Positions 52,101 to 63,581 of a DNA stretch of 64,000 nt are shown here, in pieces. The notes beneath the pieces are model-generated. The model worked only from the letters and a program-made list of their open reading frames with translations. It ran no database searches and was not told where the DNA came from. The stretch spans positions 1,480,357-1,544,356 of the forward strand of contig NMRA01000012.1 in the NCBI GenBank assembly GCA_002633005.1. The letters are read 5' to 3'. The stretch comes from Phoronis australis (lineage: Eukaryota > Animalia > Phoronida). Numbering within the stretch: position 1 is the first letter of the stretch; each line of letters opens with the position of its first letter. The position numbers were made by a program, and so were the translations under genes.

Positions 52101-55100
52101 AGAAATGTGCTTAAGACTCTACAGAGTGGAATGAAAAGAACAGGACGTGGCGCATACATGTGCAATGTTCATTCCAAAATTTGTGAGGCAACTGGTAAAA
52201 TCAGGACTAGTTTAAGAAATCTCGTGGTACGTTTGCTTCGAAATAATGACAGACATGTTTCCCCATGTAGGGTCCATGTGCTTTATTGAACTTGGCGTGA
52301 TGATACCACGCTCTGGTGGCGGGTACGCGTATGTGATGGAAGCATTTGGCCCAGTGTTTGCCTTCCTCGTCATCTGGGTGTCTGTACTGGTCATTCAGCC
52401 TTCTAGTATGGCAATTATGTGTATGACATTTGCCGAATATGCGTTGGCTCCAATCTTTGACGCATGTGGGCCGCCACGTCTGATTACCAAGTTAGTCGCA
52501 GCAGCCGCCATTTGTGAGTATCGCACCCATTGTCACCATGCACAATGTTACTGGAATGTTTTGCTGTGCACTCGCTAACTGCTGCCCTAGTCTCGAACCC
52601 AGAATCTACTTAGCATTTGCATCTGGTGAAGTTATTAGATATCTGGTTGTTGATTGATCAATTAAGAATTAGGTCCGCCGTATTATCGACTTGTTTGTGT
52701 ACAAAAATTTATTGAACTTGAAATTCATATTTTAGAACCTTACGTTTATGTAGGACCAAATTTGACTAAGTTCGGAAATCATGTTAAAGATGTCTGATTG
52801 AATTTATATGAAAATTTCATATAGTGGACTTCATACACTGTTCTCGGCCAATACGGTATGAGGAGCTTTTTAAAATGCTCCACATCTACGTGTGGGGCTA
52901 TCAAATTGGGATTTTAACGATTTTCATGAAAAACGCTAAAGATTGCATAAAACCCAAACTGAATGATAATTTGGAAAAGTGTTAACAGCTTTTTTGAGGT
53001 TCCATCTTGAACATCTCTGTCAATAAAATTTGTTCATATTATTCATTCCGTTGTTTTGCTATCAATGTATCTTTCCCTTTTTGCTAAATTTTATCAAAAA
53101 GACATCGTCACATGGCCCAATTAATGATTGACTGTTAAAAAGTCATAAAGGAAATTTTGCAGGCTTGCCTCTTTCATGAAATATTTACTTTTACTGAGTT
53201 AAAATCTATAGTTTTGAAGATATCTGGATACATACATAGACATGCCAATGAGGTTCTGTGCTGTAATGGGGCGTAGGCGCACGTAGGCGCAGCCAACCAC
53301 CTTTTGGCATTTGAACGTAGCGCCTACGCACCGTAAGTTACGTTCAGTGCTCAAGGTGATACGGTGGGCTTTGGGCGCCTACTTACCTCGAATTTTGCCA
53401 CTACAGCACTGATGAGGTTCTACACAACCTTAACCAGCGTAACTATATGTCCCACATGATAACGCGCCCACTGCTCATAAATGGCGCTCGAGTAGAACAC
53501 TTGTTTTGTTTGCAGTAGGCTTATACCTATGCATCTGTTTTTGAATCTTATGAAGTACAAAAAGTTCAGGATACAATACTATTCTTTGAGCAACAATCAA
53601 GAATATTTGTCTCAGAAAAGTGCAGCAAATAAGAGAAATGATGACTTGCTGTGTTCAAATATGCATACAAAGATTCTACGCAACAAATTAGCCAAATTAT
53701 GAAATAATAATTTTAAAAACGACAACTTATATTTCACCACGATGTGCCAATACAGCATTCAACAGTTCACGACGACAGTCATGTATTTTTTGCACTTTGG
53801 CGTCTCTGTAGTCAGTTTTAGTCTACGTGTTCGCACAGTCAAGATAAGCATAGTAGCGGGAGTACATTTGACCATTGTCATGTAGTGCCAGTCAGGGTAA
53901 TGGTCTGATACATGTATAACGTGCCCGAATTTTGAGAACCAGTTTTATCCACTGAATAATTGGCATCAAACTGGTTCTCAAAATACGGGCATGTTATTTC
54001 AGATTATGGACTATTGCCGTCAGTCAGTGCGACGAATAAAATGTAAGACATTCAGCTATTTGTGAAAAGATACTGAAGTATTTTTAAAAGCATCAGGACA
54101 AATGATTACAAAATATGTTTTATTGAATGAAATTGGCCATCCTCTCTGTCCCAACTGCATGTAATCTGATAAAATTACTTTGATTTGGTTCACTGTCGAA
54201 CTATGATCGTTCGTCGCGCTCTCTAGTGGTCAATACGCGAATCTCATTGAGGAGTTTATACCTATACTCGCTAATTCCTTTTCTCCGTGGTGAAAGTGCT
54301 TGTCTTTACTCAATAGTCACTTGAAATAATCAGCTTCACCTTCTCAGAGTGTTCGCTTACAACTTTCTTTGACTATTGTGGGCCATCCACGTTTATCACG
54401 ATACATCTCACTGGAGCAGTGACACGTATTATAAGACTTTTAATTTGTGCAATGTAAAAGAGTGATTGACCGTGTAAAGATTGTTTTTACGTCAGTGAAG
54501 TGTATACAAGGCGGTTTTAAATAGAGTACAAACGATCTTTTTGCTCATAATACAATGTGCTGTTACATAGGTAAGCTTTACGAAGTTACCATACAAAAAT
54601 TACGCTTACATCATTATTCAAGCTATCAACTCAATGTAATATTTCTGCTTCATCACCAATTTATGAAGATTCAGGCTTACTTTAGATTTACAAAATGCCA
54701 AACACATGGAAAGTTTGCTCAGAGACGCTAAGGTGCTGTGCGAACCATGCGTCCACCTAAACTCGTTTTGGTGTCAGATGGCAGACCGCAATCGACTATT
54801 ACAGGAACAGGTGGTTATTATATTTTCCTCTCGATGTGACAGATTGTTTTTTCAGGTAACTATTGTTTCAAGTACTTTGCATCAATATTCCAGTGGCGAT
54901 TGTTATCGTAAACTCATACTCTGTCAAGATGGCCGCCAAGGTTCAAGTCTTGTGTACGTTTGCTAAAGTTGCTGCGCTCGCCATCATTATTGTCGGAGGT
55001 ATCATCATGTTGGCACAAGGTATGAATTTCCTGATCTACTCACACCCAATATTTCGTGAGTGAGTTTTTATCGTTAATTATGTAGCGTAAGGGCGGCGCA

Positions 55101-58100
55101 CCAAAGGCCCCACCCACTTTTTCAGTGCATCTCCGCCCATGGTCTACGGGCGGTGCACTACAAGGGGGCTGTGGGGGCTATAGCCCCCATCCCCACATTT
55201 TTTCAGTGCTGCGCCGTCCATGTAGCGTATGGGACATGAAACGACAAACTGAAAAAATCAAGCACCTCCTAAATTGCGCCATGTCACCTAAGGCCATTGC
55301 CACTTCTAGGTTCAGTGGGTGAACGCTTTAGCCATTCATGTATGTGATGTTAGTGCTACAAAACCACGCTACGCTACGCAATTTAGAGTTCAAACTCAAA
55401 CTTTTAGCCTTAATGTTGGGTTTATCAACTGCAAACTAGGACTAATAAATTATTCACATAAGTCATTATGTACCCGAGCATAGAATAATGGACACTTATC
55501 TTGAGTTCCCACAAAAGTAGAGTAGAAAATGCCAAACATAATTTCGTGTTCCATTTCGGGTAAAAAGATTAGAGACCGTGTCCTATTTTACGCGCTGGTA
55601 GCGTTTTCGATGGCTGCCAATCAGAAACGTTCCTATTCTGTTTTGGTGGTCGAGGACACTGCAAAAGAAAAGGAAAATTACTGTAAAATCCTGTAGGTGG
55701 GTCGACCGGGCATGCGCACTCCAATTAAAATCCGGAGATTGAGTCGCTGGAGAAAGTGCACTCTAATGGTCACGGACGGCAATAACAAGAACTTGCTTGT
55801 TAAAGATGTTCACCATTCATCGTTGTCTCATGTGATGATGGTAAAAAGAGAAAAGTTACTTACTAGATGACATTTAGTTAGTAAATCATAACGTTTCAAG
55901 CCTGCAGCTCTCATAGCACTGAGTCTTCCTCGTAATCGCAACCCTACCAGCACTAGTGATGACAGACCTAGGATAACTGCTGGGATCCCATATATTCGTG
56001 GATTGTCTGAAAATTTACGTTGCGTCTTCAGACGCTATGAAGTCAAAGCCTATTTTAAACCCATTAACACTCTTTGCAGTCATCTAGTTAAACTTAAGGA
56101 CTTCACCCCATTTGGCAAACAGTCGTATGTTGTTTATCAGATCCAGTGTGACAAGGATCCTTCGCACGTATACATCGGTGAAATCAAACGTGCTCTCGGC
56201 ACCCACTTTACCGAACACAAAAAAGACAAACTCATGGCCCCCTTGCCCCAACTCTAAATACGCCACTGATTTACACTAAACAACTAAACAGTGCTATCCC
56301 CGTAACCAGGCACTGCAACTTCCTCCCATTTACGGCAAGGTAGTACTTCCAGTTTCACAACGGAGGGAGGATCAGTCATGTGATCAAGGGCCTGAGCTTT
56401 AGGGTTGAAACGTTATGCTTAACTAATTTAACTTAATGTGTTCGAGGAAGTAACTTCACTCGTTTTTGCCAAGAATTTTTTGAGCATGGGGATGTGTGTC
56501 ACGTGACAATTGGCGCCTTTTTACCTGTAACCATGAGACAATAAGCACACAATAGGGATACTTGGTGGTCAGCACAGTCTAACCACAGCGTAATTTGTTC
56601 GTTTATTTTTTTCCAACTTCTTCAGGTCGCACTGAACATCTAGCTACTGGATTTGAAGGAACTAACCCAAACCCGTCTTTGATTGCATTATCGTTTTACA
56701 ACGGACTTTGGGCATATGAAGGTTGGAGCAGCCTCAACTTCGTCACGGAGGAATTAAAGAATCCTGTTAAGTAAGTAAGGACAGAAATAGCGTGTGTGAA
56801 AATGTGTTACGACTGAGGAGGTAGTAAAATAGTTCCTAACACTGGCTCGTCGTCTCTGTTCTTTTCTGGGTCATGATTGGTCATAAAATGACGCCGAATA
56901 ACGTAGCGACGATAGCTCACCCTCTCATCAAGGGCACAGGTAAGTTTAATTCCTTGAGTATGTCCAACCAGAAGCGGCAACATCTTTATAAGCTCATTCT
57001 CCGCGTATACTGTCCTGGTGTTAGTTCATAGTTAGTAAGTGCGCAGCACTAACCTTATCGTACAAACTGTACACTTGTTTTGTCTTCTACTGCTTATAGG
57101 ATACTTAGAATAATTCATTAGGTGCGAAATAATAACAAACAGATGTAATAGTCATTTTTTCTACAACCTTTTCAAATGCAAAAGTAACGACAACTATCAG
57201 ACTAGTCAGGCCACGTGACTTTTCAACTAATGAAGTCAATGTAGTCAGGAACTTGGATGTGTTTTCGACTTGCCGAAGCCGATTGCACGCTGGAGGCAAC
57301 AACGAGGCTAGGGAGGTAGTCAACTTTCATGAGAAGGTCGCAAGATGATAAACATTATGGAAGGGGGCCGGCCACAAACTATTACGACTTCGCCGAACTT
57401 TTGACCCGGAACCCCTTTTGGTTCCAAATTTCAGATTTCTTTCGAACGCCATTATCCTCCCCATCGATCCTCGCCAACTTAGCAGGCACACCCAGTCATA
57501 GTTGTGCACCAGATTTTGTTGTTAGGGGACAAACTGTAAGAGACGTAGCAAACACAGTTTGGTTGTCGATGTTTCAACAAATATGCGTTTTAGACTAGGA
57601 TCCGTGGCCCAATCATTATACTCGAAATCAAATTCGAAATCATTTTCACCATTTTCCATTTTATTTTTTGCTCTCTCAAGATTTGTGTCTAGTATTCCGA
57701 AGGAGTAACTTATGGCTCTTCAGTGTCTGCCTGTTTCAGAAATCTGCCGCGGGCCATCATCATTGGTATTCCACTGGTGACGATCCTCTACCTTTTGACC
57801 AACATATCATACTTCACTGTAATGTCTGCTCCGGAACTGCTGGCCTCCAGCGCTGTTGGAGTAGTGAGTAAAAGTCCAAATAAAGCACAGCTGTAAGAGA
57901 ACCGCTGGCAGTACGATACGTCCTAGACTTTCCTGATCCTAATTACAGAATCGTCAGTCGCAGGGTTTGAAAATGAGTTGAATTTTGCGTAACTTTTTCT
58001 CATAAAATAGCGTTAGTTACGGACTGGTGATAACTTAGAAGACGTAGAAATTCAACTGAATTTATAGTTAATGCGAAAACCCTAATGACTTTTCATAGTA

Positions 58101-58339
58101 AAGCGCTTTCCGGGATTACATTCGATCGTATTTTTCAGACGTGGGCCGAGCGAGTTATAGGAGGAGCGGCCATCATAATACCCATAGCCGTGGCTGTCTC
58201 TACGTTTGGCGCAGCCAATGGAACTGCGTTTGCCGGCGGTCGCTTGCTCTTCGTATCTGCACGTGAAGGTCACATGATGAGTGTTATCTCAATGGTTCAC
58301 ACTAAACGACTAACTCCAATGCCTTCACTTGTTTTCATA
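37091..58339 (+). CDS. SLC7A9: Gene C (exons 1-8): divergent b(0,+)AT-like SLC7 paralog. Exons 37091-37115, 45426-45590, 48786-48887, 52271-52513, 54894-55019, 56626-56770, 57740-57863, 58139-58339; 3' exons not in window
   Basis: Each exon has the same length and phase as its gene B counterpart, with GT-AG sites and open frames. Confidence 0.85.
40416..41851. repeat. Near-identical duplication across a single-n join (40416-41295 vs 41297-41851); probable assembly artefact
   Basis: Copies nearly identical; second lacks about 327 bp. Confidence 0.8.
42745..43430 (-). mobile_element. 3' fragment of a CR1/L2-group LINE
   Basis: Minus-strand [25 protein letters not shown] motif, followed by AATAAA on the minus strand. 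Confidence 0.55.
45426..45590 (+). CDS. Gene C exon 2
   Basis: cagtag|GA..ATA G|gtataa, 165 nt. Confidence 0.9.
48786..48887 (+). CDS. Gene C exon 3
   Basis: 102 nt, [12 protein letters not shown]. Confidence 0.92.
49722..51112 (+). mobile_element. Helentron/HINE-like non-autonomous element with two internal repeat units
   Basis: Absent from gene B intron 3; blocks near 49730-50190 and 50520-50990 are similar; terminal hairpin cttggagaa..ttcaccaag; aacaa on both flanks. Confidence 0.55.
52271..52513 (+). CDS. Gene C exon 4a
   Basis: atgtag|GG..ATT T|gtgagt, 243 nt; CFIELG..SGGGY..VIQPSS. Confidence 0.9.
53256..53411. mobile_element. hAT-type MITE nested in a Kolobok-type MITE
   Basis: 8-bp TSD atgaggtt both sides; ctgtgctgtaatgg/ccactacagcactg TIR. 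Confidence 0.8.
54188..54425 (+). pseudogene. Decayed exon 4b (pseudoexon) of gene C
   Basis: Aligns to 22850-23092 but acceptor AG is lost, with indels, in-frame TGA/TAG, and donor gtaagt changed to gtatta. Confidence 0.88.
54894..55019 (+). CDS. Gene C exon 5
   Basis: 126 nt, [17 protein letters not shown]. Confidence 0.9.
55088..55222. mobile_element. Tandem dimer of the 70-bp mini-MITE
   Basis: Two units, outer flanks tagcg/tagcg. Confidence 0.6.
55792..56469 (+). mobile_element. Penelope-like element 3' fragment (GIY-YIG endonuclease)
   Basis: [34 protein letters not shown]; caagaa flanking duplication; absent in gene B. Confidence 0.85.
56626..56770 (+). CDS. Gene C exon 6 (TM6)
   Basis: 145 nt; [24 protein letters not shown]. 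Confidence 0.92.
57740..57863 (+). CDS. Gene C exon 7
   Basis: 124 nt, protein identical to gene B exon 7. Confidence 0.92.
58139..58339 (+). CDS. Gene C exon 8
   Basis: 201 nt, tttcag|ACG..ATA|gtaagt. Confidence 0.9.
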
Positions 58340-58400
58340 GTAAGTCACCCCATGAGAGCTCTAGCCCTGGAATGCCAACTTCCATCTCGTACTGCTGAGG

Positions 58401-61400
58401 TTGGATTTTCAAAAATGGCGCCGGTAAAATGGATTTCGCCCAATATCTCCGCTTATGGGTCACTTAGAATGTTGGTTTTTATGGCTACACCTGCATTTCA
58501 CAGGTCAAAGAATTGGAAATTTTAATTTTTTGGGCGCCTTCTTGGATTTGTAAAAATGGCGCCAGTAACATACATTTTCCTCAGTATCTTTGCTCTTGGG
58601 TCACTTAGAATGTTAGTTTTAATGGCTGCACCCACATGTTTGAGGTCAAGAGATCTGAAAATGAGAAACATATTCAAAAATCCATTTATAAGCAGCCACA
58701 ATTTCTAAATGCATTCTTCATGTAATCCGACATATAATAACTATGTTACTTTCCTGTATATTTTGTTCGGAGCTTGTTTCCTTCAAGACACTTAAAACTA
58801 AACCAGTACCTAGACAACTTATTTAGGTTTGAAGAACACAAAAGCATGTTTTTTGTAGTGTCAACAGTCTTTCAAATCTTTGAAATCAGTCTATAGATTT
58901 TTACTATAGCCATCACTGTCACCAGGAATCACATCATCATCACCATTCTGATATTCTGCACTATACTGACATAGATATGTGTAAGATAGGTCCTTTGATC
59001 GGCAAGAGTATATTTGGAAAGAGGAATTGTTTTTGCATTGGCATCTAACCATCTCAATGATAACCTCTGGCGCCGGAAGCTCCTCAGTTGTGAGTATTGC
59101 AGCTAGTCATCTTTGCATCTTTGTCCTTGTAAATTCATTCTGCAATGAGTCAAGGAACTCCTGTCAAGCAATGACTGCCTGGCCCCACACTCTGGCTTGA
59201 ATAAACACTCTCAGCATAAATGCTGTTTCAAAGCACCAATGGTTGGTGGACCTTTGTCGCTGTCAGCCATATGTTTACAGAAGAGGTGCCATCTCAGCTC
59301 TGGGATGCTATTTGTGTCTATACCCTGTGGTGAGTATGTACATGTAAAAGGGGCTAATGTGAGAAGAGGTTCACCTGTTACTTCATAAGCAGTACAAAAA
59401 GACTGCTGTGCATTGACATCACCGGTGTTTGCCTTCAAATATATATTCAAACTAAATAATGGACGAGTGTAAAAGCATGAAAATCAGGGAGAGCCTTTGC
59501 CCGGACAGCACCTAATGTTGTCCATATTGGATTCACGTCCACAATCCCAGATGCTATGGGGACTGAAGTATTTCTGAGGAGCCTGTCATAATAGGCAGTG
59601 ACGAGTACCAGTAAATCTATGTCAGGTGAAAAAAAACATTAGCTGAGAATCAGGGACGTTTTGATATGATTCTAGAACTGCATGATGTACAGTGTATTAG
59701 CAATACATCTGCTTTTTCGTGATCGTTTTCTAGATCACGTCGGTTGCTCTTTGTGCATCCTGAAGCTGAAGTAATGGCTATCTTGGCAGAATCATGATTA
59801 TATTCAAGTGTCTTTGCAGACAGATATTCAGTAAGATGAGCCTTTTTTGGTCATGGAAGAGGAAACGGATCATTGTCACGTTTTCCCCGTGTGTGGGTGG
59901 GCGCAGGTTGTTACAGACCGGTGCTAAGAGCTTTCGGTGCGACGATAGACTGAAGACTGGTTCGAGTTAATCCTTTATTAATCCCGACCGTACGTTCACA
60001 AGCCTACTCAAACAAAACGTCCGACGTAATGTCTGTTCTATGCTCCAGCCAGTGCTGCAAAGCCTTGACTTGTGATGAACTTCTGAGACACGTTCAGCAA
60101 CTGTTACACTCGTCGATTCAATAACCTGCTGTCTCTATAGCTGGCTCTCTATTGACTATCGTTGTAACTGCTGATTCTCTTGACTGCAACTCAACTGTAG
60201 TTCTCCTGATTAATTTTCTTGAACTCACCGATTAACTGACTTGATCTTCTTTTGAACTGACTTGATCTGACTAACACAAACCCGTGCTTGTGTATTTATA
60301 GCCTAATGCATCGTTCTTTTGAACTTTTCATCAGTTCAAGCACATTCTAGAACTTTTCTGAATCTACCCAACCATTCTACAAACACATATTAGTCTCTAG
60401 AATATTCCAGACTGCATTAATCACTGTGAAGCGAAAGTCTTCAAGAAAGTTCCACACTATACTGCAGTAAACAAATTACATCATCACCACTGAACTCAGT
60501 TTACTAGAAACTTCCATACTATTCTGTAGTAGACAAATTACATCATCATTGTACTTAACTCGGGGTCATGCCAATCAAACAGAATAACAAAACAAAACAA
60601 TACAACTAAAAATACTGTCAGACTATATTCTGACACTCATTGGGATGTTCTTTATGTAAGTCTCATCTCTTATCTGGTACTGTACTTAACCCTTTCTCAG
60701 TCTCCTTTTTTCTCTTGTGGCTTGTTTCAAAGAGTTGTCTTTGTGGGTGTCAAAAACCAGAATGATATCGTCATAATCTCTAGTTAAGAAAATCACGTCC
60801 ATGCTATCCACACGTGCAGTTCTGTAGCTTGGGTGAACACGCTCATTGGATGTTCTTACTTGTTTTCTGGGTCTAAAACCTCTCTTGCAGCTTGATGACT
60901 GTCCTGTTCTAAGACGTTTGCTTCGGAAAGGTTCTACAGAAGGTGGATTCGATTCGATTGTCTGTGCATGACAGCAATGCCCCACTGGCAGCAAAGATTG
61001 CTCTTGTTGTTAGGGTGAATTCATAGTGGCTGAAAGCATGTTTATGGTCAATTTGCCCAGCAGGCTACAACTCCTGTTGTTCTCGTCATTGATCCTCAGC
61101 CTGGTTACTGCCAAGCTTATCTGCCGTCCGACTGTCAAAGGCAAAATGCATTTCCAATGAGTAGAGGAGAACTGGATTCCAAAGTGAACGGTGGAAATAA
61201 TAACGAAATCTTCAAAAGATATGTCTCAAATGTCTTTTCAAAAAGATATAGATATACACTGTAAATATACATGTAGGTTAATGTGCGTTTTTGTGATTCC
61301 TTTAAATGTTCTGGGGGTTCGTATCTGGTATTTAAATCATTTAGATTATATATATCATTTTAGAAATAGTGTTTTTTAATTCCTTACCCCACAAAATGTG

Positions 61401-61793
61401 GGTGCAGCCATTAAAACTAACATTCTAAGTGACCCAAGAGCAGAAATACTCTGCTGAGCAAAATGTAATTTACGGGCGCCATTTGGAAAATTTCAAGATG
61501 ACCATCAAGATGGCCGCCAATAAAATTAAAATTTCCATTTCATTGACCTCAGAACTGCAGGTGTAGCCATAAAAACTAACATTCTCAGTGCCCCAAGGGC
61601 GGATACATTGGGCAAAATCTATTTTACCGGCGCCATTTTTGAAAATCCAAGATGGCCGCCAAGATGGCCACCGAAAAAATGGAATCAATTATTTTCTGAT
61701 TCGTCATTTCATGAGGTTTACAAAAATGTATAGTTTCCACTTTTCCCAAAAATTCCAATGAATGTCAAAATTTCGGCATAGTGAACCTGACTA
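58401..61793 (-). mobile_element. Academ-like (XPG-type) DNA transposon, degraded, left end truncated
   Basis: About 240-bp inverted repeats (58401-58640 / 61395-61650); right terminus reads TAGTCAGG on the minus strand; minus-strand SPD.DLLVL..ALPDFHAFT, PPT.GALKQH..QARVW and decayed Cys-rich C-terminus (RCQCK..SC..LC). Confidence 0.72.
59874..60635 (-). mobile_element. Solo LTR inserted in the Academ-like ORF
   Basis: TGTCA..TGACA termini, atcat/ctcat TSD, minus-strand TATAAA (about 60295) and AATAAA (about 59975); transposase remnant reads through when it is removed. Confidence 0.8.
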
Positions 61794-62171
61794 TACTGTG
61801 GATAGCGCATTACACAGACTACAGCGCAGGACTTTCAGTTTAGAAAGTAAAAAATAGTGATCCCAGTCCATGCAGTGTGTGTTACCGTAAACAAGAGACA
61901 TTGGAACACATTTTACGGTTGTTATGTTGCTAAAGAATGTGGGCTCTGGAAAATAACAATATTCATAACAGAGATACAATCTTAGTTTAAATACCTTTTG
62001 CTTGTGCTGTAGGTGGGGCGAAGAGGTACGCAAAAGTAGTACACCATATTTTTCTTTTTCAATGTAGCATCTACGTATCGTGTAACATGCCTGTTGCATA
62101 TAGTTGTCACAGTCAACATTCGAGAGTGAAAAAACGGGACAACTGGATTTAAAAAGGGGACTTTCAGATGG

Positions 62172-63581
62172 AAACTAGAAAGATTATTGTCACGGCGTGA
62201 CTCTGCGCGTGCGTATTACTGGAATTATTATGGAAAGTTACTGACAGCAACCCGTTTACCGATATGAAAAGGAATTCTTTAAAACTGTAGGAGAAATTAC
62301 ATATTAATTTTTTGATGACCTTTCCACTAATTGACCTCTTCCGGTTTATTATGAGCCCTGATGAGGGAGTAACTGTTAACTCGATTAAAAGTGTGGTTAA
62401 TGCTAATAATCACAGATGTTTTACTTTAAGCACTTCAGAAGCAAAAAGCACCTAATGACCCCATGGGTGCACCAAATGACCTGAAAATTTAGAATTCAAA
62501 CTCAATTGCACTTAGTAAACAGATACGTAATTCTGAAGTCTCTAGTTCAAAATTTTAGTTTGCACTCAATGACCTTTGACCAATTTTTTCTGATTGGTTA
62601 GGCCTATTGTAAAGTAAATTAGGGTATTCAATTGGAATGTTGACTTACACCAGTGTTCTGAAATTGAAAAGAATTCCTTGAAAAACGTAAGACATATAAC
62701 ATTTTGAACGTTACATGACCTTTGCACTAATTGACCTTATCCGGAGCATTTTAAGCATCTTTAGGAGAATTATTGCAAAGCCCATGGAAAATGTGTTTAA
62801 CGCTGAGAATCACAGTTGTCTAACGGTTGACACATCAGAAAACTTGCTGATTGAAAAGGTCAAATTTTCAGACGAAAACTGCACCTAATGACCCCATGTT
62901 TGCACTAAATGACCTGAAACTTTGGATTCCGATTTGATTTACCTGTGGCAATCAGACCTGTCAATTTGAAGTGTCTAGCTCAAAATTTTAGTTTGCACCT
63001 AATAACCTTTGACCTATTTCACCTGATTGGATGACTCGATTACTTAGAAAAGTAAGTTTTTAAATTGTCATGTTGACTTATACCTGTGCACCGAATTTGA
63101 AAAGAATAGCTTTAAAAATGAAGAAGGAGTAGCATTTTGAATATTACATTACCTTTGCACCAAATGACCTCTTCCGGTGCAATATGGATTATGATTATAT
63201 AACCAATCAAAATTTATATACTGTCAAAAGTCATATGCTGAATTAAAAGACCGTACCTGCACCCAGTTTGGAGTTATTAAGCCTCAAAGTTGGTCGGAAG
63301 AAGAATAAGAATAAGAAGAATAAGAAGAAGAATAAAATTGAAGAAAACCCAGGAACAACAGTACTCTGCGCTTACACGCGCAGAGTAATAAGAAGAATAA
63401 AATTGAAGAAAACCCAGGAACAACAGTACTCTGCGCTTACACGCGCAGAGTAATATGAAGAATAAAATTGAAGAAAACCCAGGAACAACTCTGCGCTTAC
63501 ACGCGCAGAGTAATAAGAAGAATAAAATTGAAGAAAACCCAGGAACAACAGTACTCTGCGCTTACACGCGCAGAGTAAAAA
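62172..63581 (+). mobile_element. Helentron-associated (HINE/DINE-like) non-autonomous element
   Basis: AACTAGA start with gtcacg-g-cgtgac hairpin plus actctgcgcg, about 400-430-bp TGACCT-rich internal repeats, (AAGAAT)n, terminal hairpin actctgcgc-ttacac-gcgcagagt. Confidence 0.65.
63298..63577. repeat. (AAGAAT)n microsatellite plus 4 tandem copies of an about 60-65-bp hairpin-containing unit
   Basis: aagaataaaattgaagaaaacccaggaacaacagtactctgcgcttacacgcgcagagtaa x4. Confidence 0.92.

Noticed and set aside
56380-56420. Hammerhead ribozyme in the Penelope terminal repeat
   Set aside because: GAAA is present but no intact CUGANGA core is visible
63298-63577. CRISPR-like palindromic repeat array
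   Set aside because: Units are identical with no unique spacers, there are no cas genes, and the context is a eukaryotic TE
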